Source of the DNA: Eledone cirrhosa
Lineage: Eukaryota
Reading direction: 5' to 3'
DNA length: 64,000 nucleotides
Assembly (NCBI GenBank): GCA_964016885.1
Contig: OZ024755.1
Location: 30,256,001 to 30,320,000 of the forward strand
Each line of letters opens with the position of its first letter. The first letter of the stretch is position 1. Below, piece after piece: positions 27,350 through 41,878 of this stretch. The notes below the pieces were generated by a model, which was given only the letters and a program-made list of their open reading frames with translations, made no database searches and was not told where the DNA came from. The position numbers and the translations under genes were made by a program.

Positions 27350-30300
27350 AAAAAGGTGACGTGGTTGCCTTAACACCGTATGGCATAAATTCAGGCTGTT
27401 CAGTTTGTTTACAAACGAACAAAGCGACGTTAGCGCCGCTAAACTGATACGTGCATATATGTATGTGTACCTGTATGCATATGTATGTATATATGTATAT
27501 ATATATATATATGTGCATGCTACTGTACGTCTGTATACATATATGTATGTACGTATACATGCATACTTACATTTAAGTAAGTGCCATACTAAGAGTGAGA
27601 AATGAAATTTCGTTTTCATTTTGTTTCAATTTATCGTTTTCGGTATGCCTGACCGATTTAACTCACTCAATATGCAAATTAGGCTGCTCAGCCGTTAATT
27701 TTCATAAGGAAAGTATATACTTTCGAACGTTCAACTATCTGGCAGATGGGTAAACGGTGCTGATGATAGCTAACAAGCTTGAAACTAGTACATCGTTCCT
27801 GTGTCAGTGTTGAACAAAAAGGTGACGTGGTTGCCTTAACACCGTATGGCATAAATTCAGGCTGTTCAGTTTGTTTACAAACGAACAAAGCGACGTTAGC
27901 GCCGCTAAACTGATACGTGCATATATGTATGTGTACCTGTATGCATATGTATGTATATATGTATATATATATATATATGTGCATGCTACTGTACGTCTGT
28001 ATACATATATGTATGTACGTATACATGCATACTTACATTTAAGTAAGTGCCATACTAAGAGTGAGAAATGAAATTTCGTTTTCATTTTGTTTCAATTTAT
28101 CGTTTTCGGTATGCCTGACCGATTTAACTCACTCAATATGCAAATTAGGCTGCTCAGCCGTTAATTTTCATAAGGAAAGTATATACTTTCGAACGTTCAA
28201 CTATCTGGCAGATGGGTAAACGGTGCTGATGATAGCTAACAAGCTTGAAACTAGTACATCGTTCCTGTGTCAGTGTTGAACAAAAAGGTGACGTGGTTGC
28301 CTTAACACCGTATGGCATAAATTCAGGCTGTTCAGTTTGTTTACAAACGAACAAAGCGACGTTAGCGCCGCTAAACTGATACGTGCATATATGTATGTGT
28401 ACCTGTATGCATATGTATGTATATATGTATATATATATATATATGTGCATGCTACTGTACGTCTGTATACATATATGTATGTACGTATACATGCATACTT
28501 ACATTTAAGTAAGTGCCATACTAAGAGTGAGAAATGAAATTTCGTTTTCATTTTGTTTCAATTTATCGTTTTCGGTATGCCTGACCGATTTAACTCACTC
28601 AATATGCAAATTAGGCTGCTCAGCCGTTAATTTTCATAAGGAAAGTATATACTTTCGAACGTTCAACTATCTGGCAGATGGGTAAACGGTGCTGATGATA
28701 GCTAACAAGCTTGAAACTAGTACATCGTTCCTGTGTCAGTGTTGAACAAAAAGGTGACGTGGTTGCCTTAACACCGTATGGCATAAATTCAGGCTGTTCA
28801 GTTTGTTTACAAACGAACAAAGCGACGTTAGCGCCGCTAAACTGATACGTGCATATATGTATGTGTACCTGTATGCATATGTATGTATATATGTATATAT
28901 ATATATATATGTGCATGCTACTGTACGTCTGTATACATATATGTATGTACGTATACATGCATACTTACATTTAAGTAAGTGCCATACTAAGAGTGAGAAA
29001 TGAAATTTCGTTTTCATTTTGTTTCAATTTATCGTTTTCGGTATGCCTGACCGATTTAACTCACTCAATATGCAAATTAGGCTGCTCAGCCGTTAATTTT
29101 CATAAGGAAAGTATATACTTTCGAACGTTCAACTATCTGGCAGATGGGTAAACGGTGCTGATGATAGCTAACAAGCTTGAAACTAGTACATCGTTCCTGT
29201 GTCAGTGTTGAACAAAAAGGTGACGTGGTTGCCTTAACACCGTATGGCATAAATTCAGGCTGTTCAGTTTGTTTACAAACGAACAAAGCGACGTTAGCGC
29301 CGCTAAACTGATACGTGCATATATGTATGTGTACCTGTATGCATATGTATGTATATATGTATATATATATATATATGTGCATGCTACTGTACGTCTGTAT
29401 ACATATATGTATGTACGTATACATGCATACTTACATTTAAGTAAGTGCCATACTAAGAGTGAGAAATGAAATTTCGTTTTCATTTTGTTTCAATTTATCG
29501 TTTTCGGTATGCCTGACCGATTTAACTCACTCAATATGCAAATTAGGCTGCTCAGCCGTTAATTTTCATAAGGAAAGTATATACTTTCGAACGTTCAACT
29601 ATCTGGCAGATGGGTAAACGGTGCTGATGATAGCTAACAAGCTTGAAACTAGTACATCGTTCCTGTGTCAGTGTTGAACAAAAAGGTGACGTGGTTGCCT
29701 TAACACCGTATGGCATAAATTCAGGCTGTTCAGTTTGTTTACAAACGAACAAAGCGACGTTAGCGCCGCTAAACTGATACGTGCATATATGTATGTGTAC
29801 CTGTATGCATATGTATGTATATATGTATATATATATATATATGTGCATGCTACTGTACGTCTGTATACATATATGTATGTACGTATACATGCATACTTAC
29901 ATTTAAGTAAGTGCCATACTAAGAGTGAGAAATGAAATTTCGTTTTCATTTTGTTTCAATTTATCGTTTTCGGTATGCCTGACCGATTTAACTCACTCAA
30001 TATGCAAATTAGGCTGCTCAGCCGTTAATTTTCATAAGGAAAGTATATACTTTCGAACGTTCAACTATCTGGCAGATGGGTAAACGGTGCTGATGATAGC
30101 TAACAAGCTTGAAACTAGTACATCGTTCCTGTGTCAGTGTTGAACAAAAAGGTGACGTGGTTGCCTTAACACCGTATGGCATAAATTCAGGCTGTTCAGT
30201 TTGTTTACAAACGAACAAAGCGACGTTAGCGCCGCTAAACTGATACGTGCATATATGTATGTGTACCTGTATGCATATGTATGTATATATGTATATATAT

Positions 30301-30888
30301 ATATATATGTGCATGCTACTGTACGTCTGTATACATATATGTATGTACGTATACATGCATACTTACATTTAAGTAAGTGCCATACTAAGAGTGAGAAATG
30401 AAATTTCGTTTTCATTTTGTTTCAATTTATCGTTTTCGGTATGCCTGACCGATTTAACTCACTCAATATGCAAATTAGGCTGCTCAGCCGTTAATTTTCA
30501 TAAGGAAAGTATATACTTTCGAACGTTCAACTATCTGGCAGATGGGTAAACGGTGCTGATGATAGCTAACAAGCTTGAAACTAGTACATCGTTCCTGTGT
30601 CAGTGTTGAACAAAAAGGTGACGTGGTTGCCTTAACACCGTATGGCATAAATTCAGGCTGTTCAGTTTGTTTACAAACGAACAAAGCGACGTTAGCGCTG
30701 CTAAACTGATACGTGCATATATGTATGTGTACCTGTATGCATATGTATGTATATATGTATATATATATATATATGTGCATGCTACTGTACGTCTGTATAC
30801 ATATATGTATGTACGTATACATGCATACTTACATTTAAGTAAGTGCCATACTAAGAGTGAGAAATGAAATTTCGTTTTCATTTTGTTT

Positions 30889-30979
<91 letters not shown>

Positions 30980-30995
30980 TGTATATATGTATATA

Positions 30996-31081
<86 letters not shown>

Positions 31082-32470
31082 TTTGCTTTCCTGGGATTGA
31101 AGAAAATTTGTTCTTTTTCTTGCCTCTAATTTCTTTTTTTTTCCTCACGTAATATAATTAATTATAAACAATACTTTATCTCTGTACCCAGTGACACCCA
31201 TTATGATTTGCCTGTAGCTAGACTCATTAATAATTTTTTTATGATTTTGCCTAACACGGGGTAACGCCTTCTTCATTCCGTCCATCGGGGCCGTGTGGTG
31301 GCCAGTACGTGGGACCCCATTTGCTCATGATAGTGAGAGATGGGAAGGGCGAGAGAGATGGAGGCGATGACAGTGGGAGTTTGTGACTCCTCTGTGTTCA
31401 GGCCTGGTGTACATGTAGGTGCATACTAACTGCCTTATCATTTAGACACACAATATTACTTTTGTAAAATATCAACGGTTTTACTCGTTAACTCTTATAT
31501 GTGAAATCATTCAGATAATCCTTTTCATATGAATGATATAGGTTACTGATTCATCAGAGGGTCTTATATAGCAGAATCTGTCGAACGAAAAACGGAGAAA
31601 TTCCCTTGCGGTATTTATTAGCGCCAATTCATATCCTTTGTTCAATTGCCGTAACGGAAACCTCTGCTTCCACCTGTCCATTGTTGTTCGTTGTATTTTT
31701 GTTTAGTCGCTAGTCGCAGGCCTGCGTGACTCCACTCATCTTTGATCATAAACAACCGACCTCTATCTTGCATTTTCCACTATATGTCGCATAAGACACT
31801 CCCATGTCACATCTTTAGAACCCATACGGTCCAGAATTCCTTACCTAACCATGCCATTCCAACAGCCGCAAACTTAAAGTTCATCAGCTTGATTTTACCG
31901 TATCGATCTCACCAGTGTCGGAATTCCTGGGATATCATAGTCACAGCCCGTTTCTCCAGACCAACAGTAAATACTGAAACCCTATCGAAGTAACTATATC
32001 CCACCAAACTTTACTACATTTTTCAATTCTTAACAACATCAAACCTTCAAGCTACAGATATCATAACATTAATTGACAAATCAAGTTATGTATATTGTCA
32101 ACAGTATTCAATAATTAAATAGTTAATCATTTCAGAAAATCTAATCAATCGAGACAGAGTTAGAATTACGGTGAAATGTAATGAAAACGAAAAAGGAGAA
32201 AATTAGGGACGGAAATATAAACGTTATGAAATAACGATGCAAATATATCAACGTTTATATAAGCGATATGATATAGCGTATATTATATCATAACTGGAAG
32301 GATTGACATTTGAAAATTTTAAGATAAAGTACCAGTAATATACTGGGTAATTGCTGGCCTTGTGCCAAAAGTAGAAACACTTGTATATAAGAATATTTAT
32401 GTTTAATCAGCAGCTACGAAATTTAGTAAATAAATTATATAATATTCATTCATTATTTACTCAAAGTAAA

Positions 32471-32792
32471 GGGCGATGGATTGGCAGTATCGGTAGAGGG
32501 TCGGACGCCATGCTTTGACGCATAGAGTTACGGCCCTTGTCATTCTGAGTTCAAATCCCGCCGAGGTTAACTTTGCCTTTCATGCTTACGGGGTCGATAA
32601 AATAAAGTACCAGTAATACACTGGGTAATTGCTGGCCTTGTGCCAAAAGTAGAAACAATTATTTACTCAAAGTAAATCAAAGTTCAAATCCCGCCGAGGT
32701 TAACTTTGCCTTTCATGCTTACGGGGTCGATAAAATAAAGTACCAGTAATGTACTGGGTATTTGCTGGGTTTGTGCCAAAAGTAGAAACAAT
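32471..32792 (+). mobile_element. Full SINE plus 5'-truncated SINE in tandem
   Basis: TTATTTACTCAAAGTAA occurs before, between and after the two copies. Confidence 0.85.
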
Positions 32793-34566
32793 TATTTACT
32801 CAAAGTAATCCAACTTATTTTACTAACGGGATAAACAAATATATTTAGGACACAGTCCCGCATTCATCCCTTTATTATTAAGATATACATAAAACAGAGT
32901 CCTGTCTTGCAACAGAATGTACTTCTCTAAAGCATCTATGAACCAAATGCTGGTGTTTAACGGAACCGTGCTGTTGCTTGACTCTACGTTATCCCTGATA
33001 CAGCATTTCTATAGTAAAAGGGATGGCAACCATAATCAACTTGTTAATTCTTCTTTCATACATAGTGTATGTTGAACTACATTATTAAATGTGTCATTGA
33101 TTTTCTAAAACAGCAAAATCAAACTCGAGGAACATTTGATCCAGATTTCCAGTGGCTCCTTCTGTCACTGGCACTATAATTGTTTCTACTTTTGGCACAA
33201 GGCCAGCAATTACCCAGTACATTACTGGTACTTTACTTTATCGACCCCCTAAGCATGAAAGGCAAAGTTAACCTCGGCGGGATTTGAACTCAGAACGTAA
33301 AGAGACGTAACTATGCTGGAAAGCATGTCCGACCCTCTACCGATACTGCCAATCCACCGCCCTTGTCACTGGCACTATAATAATACATATTATACGAGTA
33401 CTGGAGCTTTAAATAAGTTTATTCAAGTTGATGGTCACTTATGTAAGGAACGGAGAGTTAGATGTAAAGCGATAAGTGAAAACTATTACTCATAGTAACG
33501 TTGCTTTTTATTTTCCTATAAATATGGCAGAAAATTGCGAACATCATTTTTCTATAGGCAGAAGTTAACCCAGAACGCAAGGAACCGGAATCTGTGTTAT
33601 AATGCTTTTCATCAGACGATCTAACGCTTCTGACAATTCGCTGACTAATCTGTATTTAACCTTATTATTTAACACCAATATGACTTTTATGGCGGAACTA
33701 TAGCATGACGTAATTTGTTGAAGTTATTTTTATTATATTCTCACAAAGCATATTTGAGTTTATATTCTCACAAAGCATATTCGAGTCTACTTTGTTTGTA
33801 TTTATTACGTAGACGTCTACTTATCTATTGCTAATCATAGGAAGGACAGCATACAAGAATCATTTAATGTACATTTTGTTTTATAAATGATTATATACGA
33901 ATCTTTTAACATAAAATTGGCAAAAGATTTATATGATGTTGGTATTTTATGAGTTTCCAAGTTTATAAAGTAATAAAATATTATTCTTACAGCTTTGTAA
34001 TTAATAATCATTCACGTTTACAGACATTGCAACACCTCTAGGTATGTTAGACTTTGATGCAGAAAATAACGTTTCTTATATATATCAGAACCATAATATA
34101 CTAAATGATTTCTGTAAAGACTTCATAGTTGACTCTTGCCCAATTTGCTTTAATAATATGAATTAATTTTCAGATATTAATTGTTAATTTCTTGAAATTA
34201 TTTCCTCATTTTCTAGAGTCATTAACAATTATCGTTAATTTGTTTTTCTTCCTTCGACAACTAAGAGTGAAATTTCAATTAGTTTTTCAAAAAGGTCAGT
34301 CACCTTTATTTAATAAAACTCATGACATTATCCTAATTTTTAATAATTAAATTATACTAGACAAAGATTATTCGTAACCCTTGTTTTATATGTCAAACGT
34401 GTTCCCAGATCAAAGCAGTTATAGTATAACATAGAAGATAGGTGTCACTGTCAACTGGAGGAAGATCCTCGATACTAATAACAGAAGGACATGTGGAATA
34501 CGTTTAATCCTCCAAGTCAAGCACACTCTACTCTCAAACAATCCCATATTATTTCTTGTCACCTTT

Positions 34567-34757
34567 GGGCGGTGGATTGGCAGTAACGGTAGAGGGTCGG
34601 ATGCCATGCTTTGACGTATAGAGTTACGGCCCTTGCCATTCTGAGTTCAAATCCCGCCGAGGTTAACTTTGCCTTTCATCCTTATGGGGTTGATAAAATA
34701 AAGTACCAGTACTACACTGGGTAATTGCTGGCCTTGTGCCAAAACTAGAAACAATTA
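34567..34757 (+). mobile_element. SINE copy with TSD TTATTTCTTGTCACCTT
   Basis: Direct repeat on both flanks. Confidence 0.9.
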
Positions 34758-37700
34758 TTTCTTGTCACCTTCAAAATGAATGAATATATCAGAGTTCGAA
34801 ATTTTAACGTCTTTTCATTTCATTTAAATTAAATCTGCTTCCAAACAAGCAAGTTTATCCAATCGATTTTTAAGTCCCTCATTGGGTTACTGCCTTGATA
34901 ATGGGTTTTTAAACCCGAAAATATTTGGGATCGTTAAATTTGCTAAGGTAAGATTTTTTTGTTATCTTGGCAATTTAATATTCTTCATACGCATTGTTTT
35001 GGTTTTCAAAATTTAAATTTGTGTTTAATAAATATATATAGGTATTTCAAATGTATCCTCCATCACTAATAAACCCTTCTAAAATCAAAGTAGGCTACTT
35101 TGATTTTAGATAATATTGGGACAGGTGGCAGGTTTTATATATACAAAACCTGCCACCCGGCCTAATATTATCGGTTCACATCCATATACATCCACCTACA
35201 TTCAACACTATAGATGTAAGTTTCCTTACAACCACCACTTCTCATAGATTACTTTGCAAACCAACATCCCAAATGGGATAAACTTTCTTTCATTAACCGT
35301 TAATTATATCACTTTCTTTATATCCCACCCAAAAGCCGCCCATGCAACATTACCGCTATGGTTTTCCTTTCTATATTTTCAAGTTCTCCCATTATAACTT
35401 TATATCCTCTCATTCTTTCATTTGTATAAGTATATACCATGTATATTTCATGCACATCTCATATACCTGTTCACATTTTTTCATGTATTTTCGTGTTTCT
35501 TTTCAAGTGGTGTATTCTGTGGTATTTTTCACGTTCGTCACTGGAAATTTTGTTTTATGCTACTTTGAATTGCGTGATTATATTAAATACATATTCTTAA
35601 ACTTCCGCTTAACTATTTTCTCTTCACACAGAAGGAATTCTTAGGAAAATGTCTCATGCAAATATTTAACTTAGTTTTATTGTTGTCAGATCAGACCACA
35701 GAAACAATGTTTCCATTGTTCTTTCCATTGCTGACACTATCTGCGATTGCAAACTCCTGGTAGAAGTGTCACAGTATTTTCACTAATAAAAAGCATGATT
35801 TGAACTTAGAATGCACAGATCCAGAAAGCACAAAGCAGCCTGTCTAACTCTTTAACAATTCCATTAATCCACAGCCTTTCGACTGGTACTATACTTTATC
35901 AACTCACATATCACATCAACATCAATAAATATTTTTATATTTACACAATTTATTGCAATATTGTAATTTTAAAAAACTTTTAAAATGACTTCTTTTGTAT
36001 TTAATACGTGCAATAGTAGATATCTGTTCAGGTTATGAAGTGTCTTTATGTCATTTTCACAATTAATCGAGACTACATCATTTAAGATTGACAATTGTGA
36101 TATTTGCCATAACCTCTCGATAATGAAGATGATTACTAACGATGTTTTCAAAATATTTCCTGTCTGTCAACTCATACAATATTGGGAAATTATCTTAAAA
36201 ATTTAATATGACGATTGTATTAATAAAGTAAACGTAAATAGGGGAAGATATACACATAAAACATAATTGTTTCTACTTTTGGCACAAGGCCAGCAATTAC
36301 CCAGTTTATTACTGGTACTTTATTTTATCGACCCCGTAAGGATGAAAGGCAAAGTTAACCTCGGCGGGATTTGAACTCAGAATGGAAAGAGCCGTAACTC
36401 TCTGCTACAAAGCATGGCGTCTGACGCTCTACCGATACTGCCAATATATAATTAATTGTTTCTACTTTTGGCACAAGCCCAGCAATTATCCCAGTGTATT
36501 ACTGGTAACTCTTTGCGTCAAAGCATGGTGTCCGACCCTCTACCGATACTGCCAATCCAAACATAATAATATCAGTACAGATAATTCTAATTAATTGTTA
36601 CGTAGAAACAAAATCTCAGTCGTTATCGTCATTTCTCTTATATTGTTTATGTAATAAATTTAAATATCAACATCAGTTTATCGTATGTGATTTGCGGGAC
36701 GGAAATACAAATATATGTAAAACAAAACAACACCCATAACATTTACATTGACTGCCGTCTCTGAATCAATTCTATTTTCTGTTTATGTTTACCTTAATCC
36801 AGTCATTGATTACTTAATCTTTGCAATATGTACCTGATGACATCGCCAAATGTCTTACGTCATTGTATGGTCTGATGACGTAAGCAGCTCATAGGAACAC
36901 GTATTGTGAGTTTGCAACTTTATAGTCCGATCTTCTGTTTTCATTGAAGCATATATATATATTGAATATTGAAGCGCATTTCTCTATTGATCAGCTCAAG
37001 GTTCGATCTGTATCGATCTAGTCCAATCTTGCAATCAAAAGCTCGTACATCTGTAGTACCATCTAAATACTGTACATACGGATCTCGTCATACTGTACAT
37101 ACGAGAGCATCTTCTGTTAAAAGAATCTTGACAGATGCCGCAGTCAAAACAGCAAAATAAGTGAGACTCCACTTATCACGTGACAGAATCCATATTCTAG
37201 AACTACTGCTAATATTCAGCAAGTACAGATATGACAAAATTCATCAATAGTATGGAAATAATTAAAGTAGCGCTTCGAAGCCTTTTAATATCGGAACACA
37301 TTTTCAAAAATCAATATTCTACAAATTCTAAATTTTTAATAATTCAAACAATTTTGGAAAAGTTTTATGAAATCAACCACCATTTATTCACTCTGAGTTA
37401 AATTTCATCACAGGGCGGTGGATTGGCAGAGGGTCGGACGCCATGTTTTGACGCATAGAATTACGGCCCTTGCCATTCTGAGTTCAAATCCCGCCGAGGT
37501 CAACTTTGCCTTTCATCCTTACGGGGTCGATAAAATAAAGTACCAGTAATGCACTGGGTTATTTCTGGCCTTTTGCCTCACATAGAAACAATTATTATTA
37601 TGGTAGATTGGCAGTATCGGTAGAGGGTCGGACGCCATGCTTTGACGCATAGAGTTACGGCCCTTGCCATTCTGAGTTCAAATCCCGCCGAGGTCAACTT

Positions 37701-38269
37701 TGCCTTTCATCCTTACGGGGTCGATAAAATAAAGTACCAGTAATGCACTGGGTAATTTACTGGCCTTGTGCTAAAAGTAGAAACAATTATTGTTATGGTA
37801 AGTTCATCGATGAGTACACTTGATTAACGTCAACTTTTGATATGAAGCAATAATCTGTTTTCCTAAAATATAATCTAACATTATTAAATGCAATGTTTAC
37901 GTGTGTATATGCTCAGTTATGTCTATGTATATATCTACGACAAAGATTTATGATTGGCTGAAATGCTGCTGCCGTAAGGAAAAGATATGCTACTTCATGT
38001 CTTAATTTTTATTCTATTTCTTTACAGAAGTTATAATTGGGTAATAAGAAATATTCTATTAAACTTGGTAGACCCTCGAAAATCCTGCGAGGGACATGAA
38101 TTATTGATTCTCACAATGTAATCACTATACAATCTAGAGATTGGTTCCTCTGTGTCCCAACCTGGTGTACATGTGTTTGTAATTTTACACTTATCTAGAA
38201 ATACAGTTTCATATTTTTTTAATATGAATATCAGCTATTTGAAATGTTTTTGTTATTTGAAAGATCGAC

Positions 38270-38315
38270 GTAAAATAAAAATGGAAGTGTGGTGGTAGTG
38301 GTGGTAGAGGTGGTA

Positions 38316-38379
<64 letters not shown>

Positions 38380-38510
38380 CAGTAGTAGATAAAAATGGAA
38401 TTGTGGTACTAGTAGTAGTAGTAGATAAAAATGGAAGAGTGGTGGTAGTAGTAGTAGTAATAGTAGTAGCAGTAGTAGATAAAAATGGAAGTGTGGTGGT
38501 AGTGGTGGTA

Positions 38511-38571
<61 letters not shown>

Positions 38572-38669
38572 CAGTAGTAGATAAAAATGGAAGTGTGGTG
38601 GTATAGTGGTAGAAGTAGTAGTAGTAGTACTAGTAGCAGTAGTAGATAAAAAATGGAAGAGTGGTGGTA

Positions 38670-38729
<60 letters not shown>

Positions 38730-38792
38730 ATAGTAGTAGCAGTAGTAGATAAAAATGGAAGTGTGGTGGTAGTGGTGGTAGTGGTGCTAGTG

Positions 38793-38835
<43 letters not shown>

Positions 38836-38947
38836 CAGTAGTAGATAAAAATGGAAGTGTGGTGGTATAGTGGTAGAAGTAGTAGTAGTAGTAGTAGCAG
38901 TAGTAGATAAAAATGGAAGAGTGGTGGTAGTGGTGGTAGTAGTAGTG

Positions 38948-38996
<49 letters not shown>

Positions 38997-39007
38997 CAGC
39001 AGTAGTA
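38270..39007. repeat. Compound (GTA/GTG)n minisatellite with ATAAAAATGGAAG spacers
   Basis: Directly visible. Confidence 0.95.
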
Positions 39008-39387
39008 CCGATGGCACCGTTGTCACTGTCACAAACAGGACCCTGCACAACTTCTACAGCGTAAAACGGTATCAACGTCACCACCACCATAACTTTCTGC
39101 CCGATCTTCGTAATATTTATCGATCTATCTATCTACCTACCTATCTACCTACCTACCAAATTTATTTTGTTATATTTTATTTTATTTTTATACTTTTATA
39201 TCTTGTTATTGCCTCCTCCATATTGAGGACGCCTTTACATGTAAACCCCCCCCCCCCTTTGTACTTGTCCCACTTTTGATGCCCTGGTGGCAAATAAAAA
39301 GAAAGTTACCTATCTACCTACCACTTACCTATCTAATTATCTATCTATCTGTCTGTCTGTCTATTTATATGTCTGCCTCTCTAACTA

Positions 39388-39758
39388 CCGTATTTCCCGG
39401 CGTCGAAGAGGCTACTTTTTTCCTAAAATAAGTCTCAAAAATCTACCATGCGTCCTGGAGACCGAAGGTTGTTTATTATTTCTTTTTAAAGGGCGGTGGA
39501 TTGGCAGTATCGGTAGAGGGTCGGACGCCATGCTTTCCAGCATAGTTACGTCCCTTTACGATCTGAGTTCAAATCCCGCCGAGGTTGACTTTGCCTTTCA
39601 TCCTTACGGGGTCGATGAAATAAAGTACCAGTAATGCACTGTGATTAATTGCTGGCCTTGTGCCTAAAGTAGAAACAATTATTTCTTTTTAAATTTTTGG
39701 TTATCAAAATTAGGGTGCGTGCTCGAGGACGAAGCGTCTTCGGGGCCGGGAAATACGG
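39388..39758. mobile_element. Tc1/mariner-type MITE (TA TSD) interrupted by a SINE
   Basis: TIR CCGTATTTCCCGG/CCGGGAAATACGG flanked by TA; uninterrupted copy at 43356-43535. Confidence 0.85.
39491..39680 (+). mobile_element. tRNA-derived SINE of about 190 bp (representative copy; about 20 copies or fragments in the window)
   Basis: A box TGGCAGTATCGG, B box GAGTTCAAATCC, body GGGGTCGATAAAATAAAGTACCAG; TSD TTATTTCTTTTTAAA; others near 3448(-), 6827(-), 7568, 9132, 17790, 19315, 22470, 24750, 32471, 32682, 33178(-), 34567, 36265(-), 36455(-), 37412, 37605, 40863, 47435(-), 50272(-), 55558(-), 55757. Confidence 0.92.
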
Positions 39759-40228
39759 TACCTATTCTTCAAAAATTAAGAAAGGTAATATTTCCATTAA
39801 TTTTTGTAATTATTTTAAGAATTACAGAACTTGAAGAGTTAAAATAAATCATTATGTTCAAATATATTTTCAAACAAAATAAACTATTTCTCTTTTATTT
39901 GTCCTGTGGCGTTATTTAAGTAATATGAATCAGCTATATGACATTTACAAAACTCATGAAATATATTTTACATAATAAACCCGTCTCTGTAGATGCTAAA
40001 ACCATCGTAGAAATCACTTTCATTTTGCTTATTTTCACTGAAGACTGAGACAAAAGAACCATATGCTTCACATCTCATATCTCCACCTAACACTAACACT
40101 GACAGGGTTCTTACTTAATCATAGCTAATCTGGAGCTAACAATACTTATCCACGCGTTCATGTAAAAAACAAAATTCTATTAAAGATAGTTTTTTTTTTT
40201 AAATTATTCCCGTCATCACTATAAAGTG

Positions 40229-40425
40229 CAGACCTGTCAACTCTCCCCGTCTGACGGGGAGTTCTGCCGCCTAGTTTGGGGTGGATGAGAGATGTTTTCT
40301 CTTGTGAAAATGGGTATAGTTTTTATTATGTAAAATCTCCACATTTTGCCTCATTTTTCCCCCAGTTTGGGGGCACTTTTTTTCATGGTACTTCTCATTT
40401 GGGTTTTTAGAGATTGGGAGGTCTG
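40229..40425. mobile_element. Possible old hAT-like MITE
   Basis: Imperfect TIR CAGACCTGTCAACTCTC / GAGATTGGGAGGTCTG; no clear TSD. Confidence 0.4.
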
Positions 40426-41842
40426 AATACTACTGATAGGGTTGTTTTCTGTTAGTAACGCTACATGGTCGGGGCATTTAGGTACGGCTTTTATACACTT
40501 TGACCTCACATACGGCCGAGATAACCTTGTCTGTCATTCTTCTCGAGTCAATAAATAAGATGCCATCTAAATATTGAGATCAATCGACTATATCTTCTCA
40601 TAAAGGTCCATTCTTGCTGTACTTGACATAAACATCTTAGTTAAACGGATTCAGCAGTATATGAGTATTTTCTATAAGAAGAGACTGCTAGAACACATCA
40701 CAAACCATCTCTCTTTGTGTACAAAACATGAAAGTTAGTTAGTGGACTGGAAAGAAAGAGAGAAAAGGAAGGGGAAAGATACAGAGAAGAATCGTCCTCG
40801 ATACTTGATCTTCATTCCTTTACTTATCGACAATCAGGAGGAGAAAATATGGTGTAAATTCAAGGGTCTGACGCCATGCTTTGCAACAAAGAGTTACGAC
40901 CCTTTATAGTCTGAGTTCAAATCCCGCCGAGGTTAACTTTGCCTTTCATCCTTACGGGGTCGATAAAATAAAGTACCAGTAATACACTGTGATAATTGCT
41001 GGCCTTGTGCGAAAGGTAGAAACAATTATTTAGACATATTGTATGACCTATACGTGTACATGACCTATGCGTGACCTATGCGTGAACGCAGGCACAGTGA
41101 AGTATTTAAAAAGTTATCTATACAATTATAAGATCCTTGATTCGATAACAATGCGCAGCATATTGGGCAAGTGGGTTTATCATAGGCTCAAATTGATTAT
41201 AGGATTGTACCTATAAATTCAACGTTCCGACCTTGAGCCACACTTTGTCATATTGATTCGGCTCAGTGATTAAATTAAGAGTACACATGCATCTGACACT
41301 TAGCCTTTAACTTAACAAGAACGGTATCAATTTGATCAAACTACTGAATGCTCATCGGCAAAATCGGTGGAGCATCCATCATCTCATGTATTCTTCCTTC
41401 TTTCTTTTTATAAGACGTCTGTAGGAACTTTGTTTACTATTTTCGATAGGTTGAACAGTCGCATAGAAACTTTCTCGCTGGTTCTTCAGGCCAAGATGTC
41501 TACCTTGCAAATTACTTAAGTAAATAACCCGTATTTTGTCAGGTATCAGTGATCTGTTTTTTCTTTATTTTACTCTACTTTGTTAATGCTACTAACATCC
41601 ACATCAAGTTTTGCGTCTGTTGATGATAGCTGTACTACAGCTTGTTTGTTTTATTTTGTTTTTGTTTTGTTTGTAATTTTGCTTTTATTGTTTGTAATAG
41701 TCTTCTTCTTCTTATTATTATTATTATTTTATTTCAACCTCTGTTTATTTACACGCAGAAATGCCCATTTGTACCGTCCTGTATTGTCCTGTACTGTCCT
41801 TAATGTCTACTTTATGTGAACCCTTGTGGTTAATAAAGAAAA

Positions 41843-41878
<36 letters not shown>

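Larger units (their letters stand above)
26359..30892. repeat. Tandem array A, 466-bp unit, about 1.5 copies on minus (26359-27059) then about 8.2 copies on plus (27060-30892); putative non-LTR retrozyme array
   Basis: Exact 466-bp periodicity (ORF track repeats at 27222, 27688, 28154...); units almost identical; both ends abut (TA)n; one hammerhead per unit. Confidence 0.95.

Noticed and set aside
27222-27619. 112-, 93- and 66-aa ORFs repeated in array A (and a 60-aa ORF in array B)
   Set aside because: Low complexity and not conserved between the two related arrays, whereas the RNA structure is
26359-30892. CRISPR-like array or snRNA/5S/tRNA gene cluster
   Set aside because: Units are identical with no variable spacers, and I recognise no snRNA, 5S or tRNA body
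35076-35172. Two short adjacent hairpins
   Set aside because: No ribozyme core, TSD or second copy found; left unassigned
38005-38048. Possible micro-exon after TTTCTTTACAG
   Set aside because: Acceptor-like sequence alone, with no supporting coding context
38209-39090. 293-aa poly-Thr/Leu ORF (and 51306-52169)
   Set aside because: Stop-free frames of a (GTA)n minisatellite, with no domain or splice evidence
39491-39590. tRNA genes at the A/B-box motifs
   Set aside because: They are SINE heads with extended spacing, a SINE body and TSDs, not cloverleafs
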